The notes: generated by a model from the letters alone, not told the origin. DNA of 64,000 nt from an uncultured Desulfobacter sp. (GCA_963665095.1 OY762069.1:4544001-4608000); one strand, 5' to 3'; counted from the stretch's first letter, positions 48,386 to 62,476 are shown. Numbers and translations are program-made.

Positions 48386-50688
48386 TTTTTAATTTCCTCC
48401 ATCAGTTTTTCTGCGTCTTCGGCCCCGGCAAAATCCTTGCTGATTTTAAGGGCCTCATTAAGATTATCTAACGCCTGTTTATCGTCGCCTCTTTTATGGA
48501 GAGCAAGGGCGAGATGATACAGGATCACTGGATTATCCGGAACTTTTTTAAGGCTGTCAGTGTATTCGGCAATGGCATTGCCATATAATCCTTTTTTATA
48601 ATAGGCATATCCCATGGTGTCCATGATATTGGGATCTTCAGGAAACCGGGCCTTGGCTTTCTGCGCATAAAGCAGGGCTTCTTCCTCTTTCTGGGTGTGC
48701 ATTGACAAAAGGTAAGACAGGTTATTGGCGGCTGCCGCATTATCCGGATTACTCTCAAGGGCGTTGCGGTAATAATCTTCTGCTGCCTGGAAATCTTTTT
48801 CCGACTCTGCCAGGATGCCGAGCATCATATAGGCCCCGGACTGCTTGGGGTTGTGCTCAATAACAGTCTTGTACTGGGCCTTGGCCTGTGCCACATCTTT
48901 TTCCGCAATATAGATGGCAGCCAGAGCATTATAGGCTTTTATATAATCCGGATCTGTGGAGATCGCCTCATTTAAAACCTGCTTTGCCTCCTCCGGCTTC
49001 TTCTCGGCAAGGAAGACACTTGCTTGAGTGCCAAGGATCATGGCTGAAACCCGCTTATTCTCCTCTGCAATGTTTAGCTGGTCCTGGCAGATATCATGGG
49101 CCCGGTCAAACTGCTTCCGGGCCACGGCGGTTCTGACTCTCAAGTTAAAGACATCCAGCAGTTTATTGTTTAAAGCATAGGCCTTGTCAAGAAGCGTATC
49201 CGATGCCTCCCAGTCTTTCATGGCTGCCTTCAGAGCGCCCAGGCGATAAAACCCGGTGGGGTTTTCCGGATCAATTTCCGTTAATTTCAGGAGATCCTGC
49301 TCTGCTTCTTTGACTTCCCGGGTAACCAATAAGGCTTCCGACCGCATTAGCCGGGCCCTGTAATTGTCAGGGGCAAGCTTGAGAAGCTCACTTGTCTGGT
49401 TGATGCACAAGTCAAAGGATTTCTGGCGAAGATACAGTTCTGACAGCAGCAGTCGTGCCGAGCTGCTATTGGGATTTAATTCAACGGCTTTATACACATT
49501 AGCCGCTGCCTGGTTCAAATCCCCCATCCCCATATAACAAAGCCCTTTTAGATATTTTACACGGGAGTCACTGGGCGCTTCTTTTTCAAGATCTGTCAAG
49601 ATATTGATGGTAGACTGAAATTCTTTATTACGCATGCGGATCTCAGCATCAAGCATTCTGGCGGAAGGGAAACGGGGACGTTTTGCCAGGATATCTTTTA
49701 CCATCTTACCGGCCTTATCCACCTCTTTTGTTTCATAGAGCAAGCGGGCCACGGTCATCTGGATATTTATGTTGTCCGGATCCAGGGACTGGGCTTTTTC
49801 AAGCTGCTCATAGGCTTTGTCATCCTCTCCGGTTGCCTTGTAGAAGGCTGCCAGTTTTATCAGGGGCTCGGGTTTATCCGGATCACACGCTACAGCATCT
49901 TGAAAAGCCGCTTCAGCAGCGTCATTTTTCTTTATTCTTTGATAGAAATTTGCCAGGACGATTCTGTGAGAACCACTGTCAGGGTGCTCTTCTGCTGAGG
50001 CCAGTAATTGTTCCTCAGCTTTATCCAGCTTCTTTTGTGCGATATAGAATCTGGCCAGGTTCATTCTGGGCTTGGTTTTGTCTTCAGCCGCAGCCACCGC
50101 TTTTGCCAGAAATGATTCTGCCTGTTCAAACTCCCTGTGTTGTATTTTGATCCCGGCCATTGCCTGAAGGGCTGCCACATGCCCGTCATCAATGCCCAGT
50201 ATTTTCTCAAAAACCCCCTGGGCATTGTCCCATTGTTTTTCCAGAACAAGAACCTGCCCCCGGATCAAAAGGGCCTCCAGGTTCTCCGGGTCCTTTTCCA
50301 GCACCTTGTCAATTCGCTGCCGGGTTTCACCAAATTTTTTACCCAGAAGAAAAAACCTGGCCAGTTTAATCAGGCATTCTGTATTGCTGTTGTCCGCTTT
50401 TTCCACCTGGAGATACAGGGCAAACGCCTGTTTGACCTGACCCAGCTTCATGTAGGTATCCCCAAGTTTCATCAGGGTATCGGGCCCGGCTTTGCCCGTC
50501 TGAAGGGCGTTTTTATATTCTATTTCCGCCTTTTTATAGTCGTTTTGAGCAAAATATTTATCTGCCTTTTCAATAAACTTCTCCTTTTTATGCTCCGGTG
50601 ATGAACATCCTAAAGAACAAACCAGAATCATTAGAAGAGCCCGGACGAACACAGGACGGAATTTCATGAAGAACGCCTCCAAAGCCAT
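48382..50688 (-). CDS. Long TPR lipoprotein, PrsT-like (PEP-CTERM system)
   Basis: Lipobox SLGC, KAEIEYKNALQ, many TPRs, C-terminal ANNLSY..MDTMGYAYY..YHLALA. Confidence 0.8.
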   Translation of the reverse strand: MALEAFFMKFRPVFVRALLMILVCSLGCSSPEHKKEKFIEKADKYFAQNDYKKAEIEYKNALQTGKAGPDTLMKLGDTYMKLGQVKQAFALYLQVEKADNSNTECLIKLARFFLLGKKFGETRQRIDKVLEKDPENLEALLIRGQVLVLEKQWDNAQGVFEKILGIDDGHVAALQAMAGIKIQHREFEQAESFLAKAVAAAEDKTKPRMNLARFYIAQKKLDKAEEQLLASAEEHPDSGSHRIVLANFYQRIKKNDAAEAAFQDAVACDPDKPEPLIKLAAFYKATGEDDKAYEQLEKAQSLDPDNINIQMTVARLLYETKEVDKAGKMVKDILAKRPRFPSARMLDAEIRMRNKEFQSTINILTDLEKEAPSDSRVKYLKGLCYMGMGDLNQAAANVYKAVELNPNSSSARLLLSELYLRQKSFDLCINQTSELLKLAPDNYRARLMRSEALLVTREVKEAEQDLLKLTEIDPENPTGFYRLGALKAAMKDWEASDTLLDKAYALNNKLLDVFNLRVRTAVARKQFDRAHDICQDQLNIAEENKRVSAMILGTQASVFLAEKKPEEAKQVLNEAISTDPDYIKAYNALAAIYIAEKDVAQAKAQYKTVIEHNPKQSGAYMMLGILAESEKDFQAAEDYYRNALESNPDNAAAANNLSYLLSMHTQKEEEALLYAQKAKARFPEDPNIMDTMGYAYYKKGLYGNAIAEYTDSLKKVPDNPVILYHLALALHKRGDDKQALDNLNEALKISKDFAGAEDAEKLMEEIKK

Positions 50689-50730
50689 GATTCTTTACTT
50701 GAATGATGAAGTAAATTATGGCTTTTTTAG

Positions 50731-51672
50731 TTGCATTATGGTATCGCAAGTTTTTTAGATGTCTCAAAGAACTTAAATATTATGCGGGAAGCTGCTTTGT
50801 CAATTAAAAACTCGTTTCCAATAATGTCCGCTAAAGCTTGTATATTAAATCTCACGTTCCTGACACTCTTTAATGTGGCCCCTGTAACAGTTCATGGATT
50901 TTATCATTTTCAACAGCAGGCTGAGCAAATATGGCTACCTGATTTTAACAGCCCCGATCAGGTGCCGGCCCCATCTAAATCATATGTTATTCAACAAAAC
51001 AGGGATGGGAACGCAGAAACCAGTTATTTACAACTGAAATCATCTGTATCAGATGCTGTTGCAGCAATGGAACTAAACGTTGATATCCCTTTTAATCTGC
51101 TGGCCCAAACCACGGCAGGACCTCAATTCTCCCTTGACCGGCAGATTGCTTCAAGCATGAGACTGAAAAATATTATGGATGAATATCTGGCACTAACAAG
51201 AAGAAGTGCTGAGTTGATGAAGTCGCTTGATATACCATACCTGAACAGATCATTTTCTGATAAAACCCAGAGCCAAGAGACTTCCCAGCCGGCACGGGAA
51301 GATTTTAAAAACGCCCTTCTGCTGAAAAAAGAACTTACCGGCATTGTACGGTATCAGGGCAGTAGACAGAACACTTCAGCTGCCGATTTTCCGCATCCTG
51401 CAATGGACCTGGTTCAGGGGCAAGGAGAAAAGGTAAGGCAGCCTCCCGGGGGCCTTCGTCCGTACAGGACCGGACAGAACTATGATGTTGCGACAAAACC
51501 AGCATCATACTATGTCAATTCCGTGCCGGGGAATCAGGACCAGCTGCCCTGGATATTTACCCTGGCCCTTAGTATTATCCGCTACATCACTGAGAATAAA
51601 GTTGAAATTCTTTTGTGCGTCCTGCTATCGGCAATGGTGTTAAGTTTTGGTATCGCAGTGATTAAAAAATGA
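50731..51672 (+). CDS. Hypothetical exported protein with C-terminal membrane anchor
   Basis: Long ORF overlapping the downstream TPR gene (ATGA); hydrophobic N-segment and C-terminal TM ending KK. Start uncertain. Confidence 0.6.
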   Translation: MHYGIASFLDVSKNLNIMREAALSIKNSFPIMSAKACILNLTFLTLFNVAPVTVHGFYHFQQQAEQIWLPDFNSPDQVPAPSKSYVIQQNRDGNAETSYLQLKSSVSDAVAAMELNVDIPFNLLAQTTAGPQFSLDRQIASSMRLKNIMDEYLALTRRSAELMKSLDIPYLNRSFSDKTQSQETSQPAREDFKNALLLKKELTGIVRYQGSRQNTSAADFPHPAMDLVQGQGEKVRQPPGGLRPYRTGQNYDVATKPASYYVNSVPGNQDQLPWIFTLALSIIRYITENKVEILLCVLLSAMVLSFGIAVIKK

Positions 51673-54023
51673 AAAAAAGAACCGGACAGACCCATTTTAA
51701 AAGGCGTATGGGCATAACCATGGTTTTGGCCACGGTGGTTGCCGTGGGTATCATCCTCCTGATGTTTTCTACCCTTCCCCGGTTTGCAGACTGGTCAGCA
51801 GACTGTGAGGAAAAAGGAGAGCAGGCATTCCAATCCGGGGAATATGCTGCCGCTCTTGGATATTGGCTGAAATCTGAGAAAGGAACCGGAAACAGGCTGC
51901 AATTATATGAGAAAATAGCCTCAGCCAGCCTCAAACTCTCTAATCTTGATCTGGCAGAGACCTATTTAAAAAAAATTCTGGAGATAACATCCAACAATCT
52001 GGTCAGTCAAAAACAACTGATCCGGATCTACCTGCTTAAAGGTGATCTGATAAATGCGGAGAAAAATCTTTCCCAGCTCAAAACCAGTGGCAAAGCCGAT
52101 GATTATGAGATGATGATCCTCCGGGGTGATCTTTACCTGTTACAGGCAGACATGCCAAAAGCAGAATCTGCCTACAGGATCGCAGTTGATATGGCTCCGG
52201 ATATCTTGAGGCCTCAAATTAAGCTTGCCATCTGTTTGAATAAGCAGGGGAACCTTCCTTCAGATGGAACCGCGTCCCTTTCAGGCGTTGACGTCAATGC
52301 CATTACCTCAGCTGAAGACCTGATGCTGATGTCAGATTATTTTGCCCTTAAAAAAAGACTTCTCCTGGCAGAAGCGTGTATCCGAAAGGCCGTTGCCTTT
52401 GACCCGGGCAATCTTGAGATTAAAACACAGCTGTGCCGGTTCTATCTTTCATACGGCATGCTTCACAAGGCTGAGCAATATCTGGAACTGCTTTCCGGAC
52501 AGAACCCTGAACATCGCGGATTTCAACTCATGCTTACAGATGCCCGGTTGTCCTTGCTGCATATGGATCTGGCAGAAGAGATGCTTATCAGCCCAGACAT
52601 TAAAAGATTTGATGATGCAGGATATAATCTGCTCATGGGTAAATTCTGGTTATTCAAAGGCAGACATTCCCATGCTGTCTCTTATTTAAAATCAGCGCTG
52701 GAAAAAAATTTCGGAATGGCATCTGTTCATTATCTGCTGGGGGTCGCCTATTTTGCAGGCGGCCAGTTTAAACTGGCGGAAAAGGCACTGAACAACTCCC
52801 TTGCTGTCAGCCCAAACCACCCAGATCCCCTGCTGGCCATGGCGGCACTTCATTACAAGCAAAAAGAGTATGCACTTTCAGAGCAGTATCTGAATGATAT
52901 ATTTGCCATGGACCCGGCCAGCGCCCAGGCATGGCTGGTAAGGGGGCTGTGTCTCTTTGAACAGAAAGATTATGAAAAAGCCACCCAGGCCTTTTCCAAT
53001 GCATGGCACATGGGGGCGGGGCTCCAGGCCCTGTTCTTTCTGGGTCAGTCTTTTGAACACAGGCAAATGCCCAAGGAAGCCCTGAAGAGTTATGAATCCA
53101 TTCTTGAAAAATCTCCGGATCACTTTGAAGCACTGAACCGTTATTGCATGCTGCTGGCCGGAAACGGAGATCCGGACCGGGCAATCAGCGTAATTGAGGA
53201 GTGGCTTGATACAAAAAAGGGGGGAAGCCCAGGCCCTGAGATCCTTTACACAGGGGCAAAAATCTGTCTGCAGGCCAAAAAGCGGCACGCTTGCTGCCGG
53301 TTTCTTGATCTTGCCCGGCAAAAAAATTTATTCAGCGGGGACTTTTATATCCTCCAGGCTGATCTCTGGAAGGCAAGGGGAGAGGCAAAAAAACGCCTGG
53401 AAACCCTGACTGCCTGCACTGAAAACGAACCGCTGTTTTTAAAGGGATGGCAGATGCTGACAGACGATTATATTTCACAGAAAAACTTTACCCTGGCGGA
53501 GCAGACTCTGGAAAAGGCAGTGACCCATTTCCCGGATGACCCCGTACTGTCAGGAAATCTCGCGTGGCTTTTGCTTGAAAAAGAGCTGCCTGATACTGAC
53601 CGGGCCTTCAGGATGGCGCGTAAAGCCTATGACCATATGCAGCAGCCGTGGCTGATGGACACCCTGGGCTGGGCCTATTATCATAAAGGCAGATTTTCCC
53701 AGGCAGAATGGATGCTGACCCAGGCCCGGGAAAAACTTCCCGACAACGCAGCGGTCACCTGCCATCTCGGGATGGCGCTTTACAAACAGGGCCGGCTGTC
53801 AGAAGCCAAAAAAATACTGGAGAATGCAATGGAAATGAAAGGATTGTCTTCTGCCCAGCAAGACGACATTGAGCAGGTTTTTGAAATGTTCAAAAAGGTG
53901 GCTGATACAGACGATTCCACGGATCCTTTCAGTATTGCTCCGGACAATAGCGGACAGAACAAGGATACTTCAATGGGGGAAGATAGCCTGGATATGGATA
54001 TCGACAAACTATTTATTGAATAA
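51669..54023 (+). CDS. Membrane-anchored TPR protein (second PrsT-like)
   Basis: N-terminal TM, TPRs, GNLAWLL..MDTLGWAYY..HLGMALY. Confidence 0.8.
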   Translation: MKKRTGQTHFKRRMGITMVLATVVAVGIILLMFSTLPRFADWSADCEEKGEQAFQSGEYAAALGYWLKSEKGTGNRLQLYEKIASASLKLSNLDLAETYLKKILEITSNNLVSQKQLIRIYLLKGDLINAEKNLSQLKTSGKADDYEMMILRGDLYLLQADMPKAESAYRIAVDMAPDILRPQIKLAICLNKQGNLPSDGTASLSGVDVNAITSAEDLMLMSDYFALKKRLLLAEACIRKAVAFDPGNLEIKTQLCRFYLSYGMLHKAEQYLELLSGQNPEHRGFQLMLTDARLSLLHMDLAEEMLISPDIKRFDDAGYNLLMGKFWLFKGRHSHAVSYLKSALEKNFGMASVHYLLGVAYFAGGQFKLAEKALNNSLAVSPNHPDPLLAMAALHYKQKEYALSEQYLNDIFAMDPASAQAWLVRGLCLFEQKDYEKATQAFSNAWHMGAGLQALFFLGQSFEHRQMPKEALKSYESILEKSPDHFEALNRYCMLLAGNGDPDRAISVIEEWLDTKKGGSPGPEILYTGAKICLQAKKRHACCRFLDLARQKNLFSGDFYILQADLWKARGEAKKRLETLTACTENEPLFLKGWQMLTDDYISQKNFTLAEQTLEKAVTHFPDDPVLSGNLAWLLLEKELPDTDRAFRMARKAYDHMQQPWLMDTLGWAYYHKGRFSQAEWMLTQAREKLPDNAAVTCHLGMALYKQGRLSEAKKILENAMEMKGLSSAQQDDIEQVFEMFKKVADTDDSTDPFSIAPDNSGQNKDTSMGEDSLDMDIDKLFIE

Positions 54024-55887
54024 CCACAATTTCCACACGACGGTTCATGGTACGTCCCCAGGCAGTTTTGTTTGACTGGATGGGTTTTTTGCCTCCCATC
54101 CCTACGACTTCCATCTGGTCGTTTTTAACGCCTACTCCGAGAAAATAGCTTTTAACTATGTTTGCCCTGAATTCAGACAGCCTTACATTATACGATTCAG
54201 ATCCAAGGTCGTCTGTATGGCCGGTGATCTTAATCCTGGCTTCCGGGTGGGCGGCCAGAATTTTTGAAAACCGGTTAAGGGCTTCCAGGCCTTCATCGGT
54301 AAAATCATTGGCATTATATTTAAAACGAATGAGAACAGGATCCTTGGGCAGCACCGGAAATATGTGAACCCCAGAATTTTCAACAGCTACTGATTCTGCC
54401 GAATCTGAAATGCCTTCCTTTGATCTGCTGTCCACCGCTTCAGGCGGGTTGGCCTCATCTGTTTCCCCCAAAGCGTCTGGCGATTTCAAAGATCTATTAT
54501 TTCCCGGGGGGGCATTTTGGATTGATGAGGTTTCAGGCAGAATCCTGGACTCAGGCCGGACAGGAACCACAACAACAGGGCTGTCCTGACCGTCTGCCTT
54601 CAGAGACCCATCTAAAGTTTCTTTCAGCCTTTTGGATTGTTCATCCTGTTGCCCCCCCTCATTAGAACTTTGATTATCTATCTGAGAAGGACTTTTAAGC
54701 CCTGAGTTTTCCGGTTTTGTTTCCGATGATCTCTCCGCCTCTTTTGAAAACCCCGGGATACCGCCATCTTTAACACCCTGCACGGTTGTTTCAATGCGAT
54801 ACCTTAAGTCAGCCGTGGTCTGGGCAAAATGCTCAGGAAACATAAAATACCAGGCAAAAATCGCAAATGCCATAAGCAGAAGGCCTTCAATCCATGGTAC
54901 GCCTCTTTTCCCTTCAGGAGGTACCGGTACCGGCGGTGGGGGTGACACCTGGGTATAGGCCCGGGGATGGGACGGGGCTGACGGGCTTCCAGCTGCTGTC
55001 TGGTTTTTTAAAGCAGGCCGGCTCTCCTTTGAAGGATCAGGCTCGTCATCGTAAAAGTCATTGACAGTCCTGTTTTTGACATATGCCGGTATTTTCAAAT
55101 CCCTGGCACATTCCCTGACTATTTTTGCATCAATGATCCGCTGATCTTTGACAAATCCTGACACAAGGGAGTGGTCGCACAGGATATTGATTCTTCGGGG
55201 AAACCCACCTGAATACAGATATATTTCCTGAACCGCATCCTGCCCAAAAATTATTTCGGTGGTGCCGGCAACCTTCAGACGGTGACAGATATAAGCTTCC
55301 ACCTCCTCTGATACCAAGGGCTCTATATTATAATTCAGGGTCATTCGCTGGCGCAGAGCACGGTTCTGGGTCCGATTCAGGACTTCATTGAATTCATTCT
55401 GCCCGATGAAAAAAATATTAATCAGCTTGGCATCTGCTTTTTCAATATTTGACAGCAGTCGTATCTCTTCAAGCATATCCTGGGACAGCAGCTGGGCTTC
55501 ATCAATAATCAGCAGCACCTTTTTATTGTTCTGGCTGGCCTGCATTAAGAAATTCCTGAAAACGCCCAGAAAGCCGCCCTTCGTCTGAAATTCCTGATTT
55601 ATACCGAATGCCGAGGCAATATAATTAAAAAAATCCATCCGTTCAAGATTCGGATCCGGTACTGAGGCACAAAGGATATCCTCCTTAAGCCCCTGAACCA
55701 GTGCATTTATCAACGAGGTTTTACCGGTACCCACATCGCCTGTGAGCAAAAGAAAGCCTTTATTGTCAAGAATCCCGTATCTAAGGATGGCTAACGCTTC
55801 TTTATGCTTCTCTCCAAACCATAAAAACCTGGGGTCGGAACTGATCTGAAACGGCTTGAACTTGAGATTGTAATATTCATTATACAT
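54013..55887 (-). CDS. ExeA-like AAA ATPase with TM and C-terminal OmpA-type peptidoglycan-binding domain
   Basis: MYNEYYNL..PF, TGDVGTGKT, IIDEAQ, GFPRRINILCD; TM; ITGHTD..YNVRLSEFRA..NRRVEI. Confidence 0.9.
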   Translation of the reverse strand: MYNEYYNLKFKPFQISSDPRFLWFGEKHKEALAILRYGILDNKGFLLLTGDVGTGKTSLINALVQGLKEDILCASVPDPNLERMDFFNYIASAFGINQEFQTKGGFLGVFRNFLMQASQNNKKVLLIIDEAQLLSQDMLEEIRLLSNIEKADAKLINIFFIGQNEFNEVLNRTQNRALRQRMTLNYNIEPLVSEEVEAYICHRLKVAGTTEIIFGQDAVQEIYLYSGGFPRRINILCDHSLVSGFVKDQRIIDAKIVRECARDLKIPAYVKNRTVNDFYDDEPDPSKESRPALKNQTAAGSPSAPSHPRAYTQVSPPPPVPVPPEGKRGVPWIEGLLLMAFAIFAWYFMFPEHFAQTTADLRYRIETTVQGVKDGGIPGFSKEAERSSETKPENSGLKSPSQIDNQSSNEGGQQDEQSKRLKETLDGSLKADGQDSPVVVVPVRPESRILPETSSIQNAPPGNNRSLKSPDALGETDEANPPEAVDSRSKEGISDSAESVAVENSGVHIFPVLPKDPVLIRFKYNANDFTDEGLEALNRFSKILAAHPEARIKITGHTDDLGSESYNVRLSEFRANIVKSYFLGVGVKNDQMEVVGMGGKKPIQSNKTAWGRTMNRRVEIVVIQ

Positions 55888-57068
55888 TATAAGCTCTGAA
55901 GGTACTCCATGTCTCTGGGCTGGGTGTTTTTGGTGCCAATAAGAACCACTTCAGTCCGGTTGGGGTGTTTTGAAAAATAGAGGCGGCCGTTATAAGCAAA
56001 CAAAACTTCAAAACAGGTGGTTTTATGTTTTTTCCCGGAAAAGACTTTTCGTTTGATGGTTACCGAGTCAGGGTCGGTGTCCAGCTGAAAAACAATCTCC
56101 TCCGCTTTGATCTGCAGATCTTCTGTCAGATTCATAAAACCATCCATGGCCTTTTTGCTCATTTCAACATTTTTATACAACGCGCTGAACCTTTTGGAAA
56201 AAAAATCAAAATCACTGCGCTTTGACTTTATTCCCTTTTTACGCTCATATTTTTCAATGGCCGATTTAAGTTCAGTAATTTCATTTTCCTGGCTGTTTTT
56301 CAACTCAATAAATGAATTGATCTGTTCTTCAAGGGTGACAATCTCGTTGAACATCTCATCTTCATTGACCTTGGCTTTATCCTTGTCTTTCTGGTACTTC
56401 TCATTGAGAATCCGAATATTTTCAAACAAATGCTTTCTTTCAGAACTTAAATGACGGACCATCTCTTCATGGCGGCGTTCATCCTGTTTTAAATTCTCAA
56501 TCAGTTTTTTCTGCTTCTGCCTGTCTTTTTCCGCCTTCCGGCTCCCCCTTTTATAAAACAGAAACAAAATGCAGAAAGAGACAGCGGAGTACAGTGCCAG
56601 AACAGCATTGGAAAGGGCTGCACCATGATTTAAGTACAGATGGACTTTTGGCTTAAGATCTGAGTTCAAAATCTCAAAGTTTTCCTGGGCAACTTTTTGT
56701 GAATTCAGATATGATTCCGGCTCATTGGACTTCCCCTCTTCAGAATTAATAACCGTCGGGTAGATGATCCGTCCCTGTTCAGTGACAATCTGGACGTCAA
56801 GGACAATCCCTCCTTTGCGGAGCAATAAATCCTGGTCCAGCAGGCTCTGAATATTCTTCGCAATCTGATCCTCAATACGGACAGACCCGTTTAGAAGCGG
56901 AGTGGCGTTAGCAATAAATACATTCTGGATTTTCTGAAGATAAAAGGCCTCCAGCCGGTTCTGGCACCCTGTTATCGTGGCAATATACAACACCGGGGTC
57001 AGAACAAGACAGAGTATGGCAGTTTTAAACGGAAAAAAATTCATGGGTTTGGTTCCGGAGGTCAACAA
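55887..57068 (-). CDS. Two-TM protein with cytoplasmic coiled coil and possible RelE-like C-terminal domain
   Basis: TM, ~120-aa loop, TM, E/K-rich coiled coil, tail GRLYF..VVLIGTKNTQPRD; its stop overlaps the ATPase start. Confidence 0.7.
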   Translation of the reverse strand: MLTSGTKPMNFFPFKTAILCLVLTPVLYIATITGCQNRLEAFYLQKIQNVFIANATPLLNGSVRIEDQIAKNIQSLLDQDLLLRKGGIVLDVQIVTEQGRIIYPTVINSEEGKSNEPESYLNSQKVAQENFEILNSDLKPKVHLYLNHGAALSNAVLALYSAVSFCILFLFYKRGSRKAEKDRQKQKKLIENLKQDERRHEEMVRHLSSERKHLFENIRILNEKYQKDKDKAKVNEDEMFNEIVTLEEQINSFIELKNSQENEITELKSAIEKYERKKGIKSKRSDFDFFSKRFSALYKNVEMSKKAMDGFMNLTEDLQIKAEEIVFQLDTDPDSVTIKRKVFSGKKHKTTCFEVLFAYNGRLYFSKHPNRTEVVLIGTKNTQPRDMEYLQSL

Positions 57069-57139
57069 CGGCGCGGATCAGCCTGTCTTGGCTGGCATCA
57101 CGTTACGCATACCAAAAAACAACATGTGAACATATATCT

Positions 57140-57727
57140 TTATGCCTGCTTATAGCGGTCCTTTGAAGGAATTATGATATCATAATAAGCGTCCCTGCTT
57201 CCTTCCTTTTTTTTAAACTGCACGGTACCATTGAGCTTATTTTTTGCAAGATAAAAATCGGGTGCCAGTTTTGACGGGTCTGAAACAGACAACGTGTCCT
57301 GGTAAACAATACATAAATGGCCCTCAACAATGGATGCCTTAATGTGGATTAAAGGCGCACCGGTACCGGAGACCGAACTTTCAACCAGCTTTTCCAGCAT
57401 CGTAAAGACCGGATTAAACCCACACCTGAACGGTCCGCCGTCAGAATCTTTAAAGCTTATTTCAAACGTTACATCACCATATTTGGCACCAAGCTTTTTA
57501 AACAACAATGCCATGTCCAGAATTTCCGGCTGAAACATCTCCCGGCTTTCACCGTAAATGGCCTCAATCATCTCCGTTTCAACCGCCTGGATTTTCTCAC
57601 ACAACGCGTCAGGGATCACCATGACCTCCTTATTACGTTTATCCAGAGAGCCCATGGTTAATACGCCGTGCTGTTCCTTTATCCAGATCCCTTTTTCAAA
57701 TAAGGGTTTCTTTTGTTTCGGATCCAT
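57140..57727 (-). CDS. Hypothetical protein with degenerate HATPase-like C-terminus
   Basis: LEKLVESSV..IHIKAS..LCIVYQD..KLNGTVQF; GGAG before the ATG at 57727. Confidence 0.55.
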   Translation of the reverse strand: MDPKQKKPLFEKGIWIKEQHGVLTMGSLDKRNKEVMVIPDALCEKIQAVETEMIEAIYGESREMFQPEILDMALLFKKLGAKYGDVTFEISFKDSDGGPFRCGFNPVFTMLEKLVESSVSGTGAPLIHIKASIVEGHLCIVYQDTLSVSDPSKLAPDFYLAKNKLNGTVQFKKKEGSRDAYYDIIIPSKDRYKQA

Positions 57728-57907
57728 ATATCTTCTCCATCCATGGTTGATGTAGAATAAGAATTTAAACATGGAAACAGTAGGTTACAAGGGTACCTGC
57801 ATCTATTAAAAAGCGCAAGAATTTTATCCGTGGAGACCTCCTGGCAAACCAGAGCCCAATGCTGCAATACAAGGAGTCGGCATACCTGATACACCCTGCC
57901 ATTTCTC

Positions 57908-57936
57908 TTGATAAATCAAATATTTTATTATAGACT
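57908..57936 (+). promoter_or_regulatory. Putative sigma70 promoter of dnaN
   Basis: TTGATA-17 bp-TAGACT. Confidence 0.5.
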
Positions 57937-57972
57937 TACTCGGATCAACAGATGATAAGAAAAGGATTTTAA

Positions 57973-61517
<3,545 letters not shown>

Positions 61518-61573
61518 TTTCAAAAAGCTGGAAACGTAATTAAGAATATAGATCCCCAAAAGGAGTATTAAAT

Positions 61574-62098
61574 ATGGCAGGTTTAAATAAGGTTATTCTC
61601 ATCGGCAACCTTGGACGAGATCCTGAAATTCGTTATTCTCAGCAGGGCTTGGCTGTGGTGAATTTTCCCATAGCCACCACAGAAGCCTGGACGGATCGAA
61701 ATACAGGGGAGCGCCAGGAAAAAACTGAATGGCACAAGATCGTGGTTTTTGGTAAACAGGCTGAAACCTGTGAAAAATACCTATCAAAGGGCCGGCAGGT
61801 TTATGTGGAAGGCCGGCTGCAGACACGCTCCTGGGAGAAAGACGGGCAGACCCACTATACAACAGAAATCGTGGTTTCTAACTTTATGTTCCTTGGCGGA
61901 CGCGGAGACAACAACCAGGGTGGCGGCGGGTACCAGGGCGGAGGCGGGTACCAGGGGAAACCGGTCAGATCAGAGCCAGGAAACGGCTATCCCCAGAACC
62001 GACCGGCCCCCAATTCAGATAATTTTCAGGGCCATACACAGCCCGGCATGCCTGATGGATATGACAACACCATCCCGGACGATGACATCCCCTTCTGA
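61574..62098 (+). CDS. ssb: Single-stranded DNA-binding protein
   Basis: [31 protein letters not shown]-terminal DDDIPF. Confidence 0.97.
   Translation: MAGLNKVILIGNLGRDPEIRYSQQGLAVVNFPIATTEAWTDRNTGERQEKTEWHKIVVFGKQAETCEKYLSKGRQVYVEGRLQTRSWEKDGQTHYTTEIVVSNFMFLGGRGDNNQGGGGYQGGGGYQGKPVRSEPGNGYPQNRPAPNSDNFQGHTQPGMPDGYDNTIPDDDIPF
61915..61956 (+). repeat. 18-bp tandem repeat in the ssb linker (QGGGGY x2)
   Basis: CCAGGGTGGCGGCGGGTA CCAGGGCGGAGGCGGGTA CCAGGG. Confidence 0.7.
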
Positions 62099-62127
62099 CA
62101 TTACCCTGGCCGTCGCAAACACATTCT

Positions 62128-62154
62128 AAAGAGCCCTGTTACAGGGCTCTTTTT
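62128..62154 (+). terminator. Rho-independent terminator after ssb
   Basis: AAAGAGCCCTG-TTA-CAGGGCTCTTTTT. Confidence 0.85.
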
Positions 62155-62476
62155 GTTTTCCGTCCTATCCTGGAAAGACCGACCATGCAGTGCAGCAGAT
62201 GATATTCTATTGGCCTGTCAGGAAAGTTCATCACCCTTGACATTCCAATCATTAATCACTTATGATAGGAACACTTTTTTAAGGCGCACCGACACTGATG
62301 AAAATGCAGGAGATGGGAGCCTGCCGGGTTTTCAAACAAGCTTTTCAAAAAATTTCATCGCTTATCATGAACGCGATGAAATGATATGTATCCAGTTGTA
62401 GCTTTTTCAGGCTTTCATCAACAAGCCTGCCACATAAGGGCATACCCCAGAACGTATTCAAAGCAATAGAGGTGAC

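Noticed and set aside
51540..51672. C-terminal LPW..TM..KK of the hypothetical protein as a novel sorting signal
   Set aside because: Single instance; no paralogous tail in the window, so indistinguishable from an ordinary membrane anchor.
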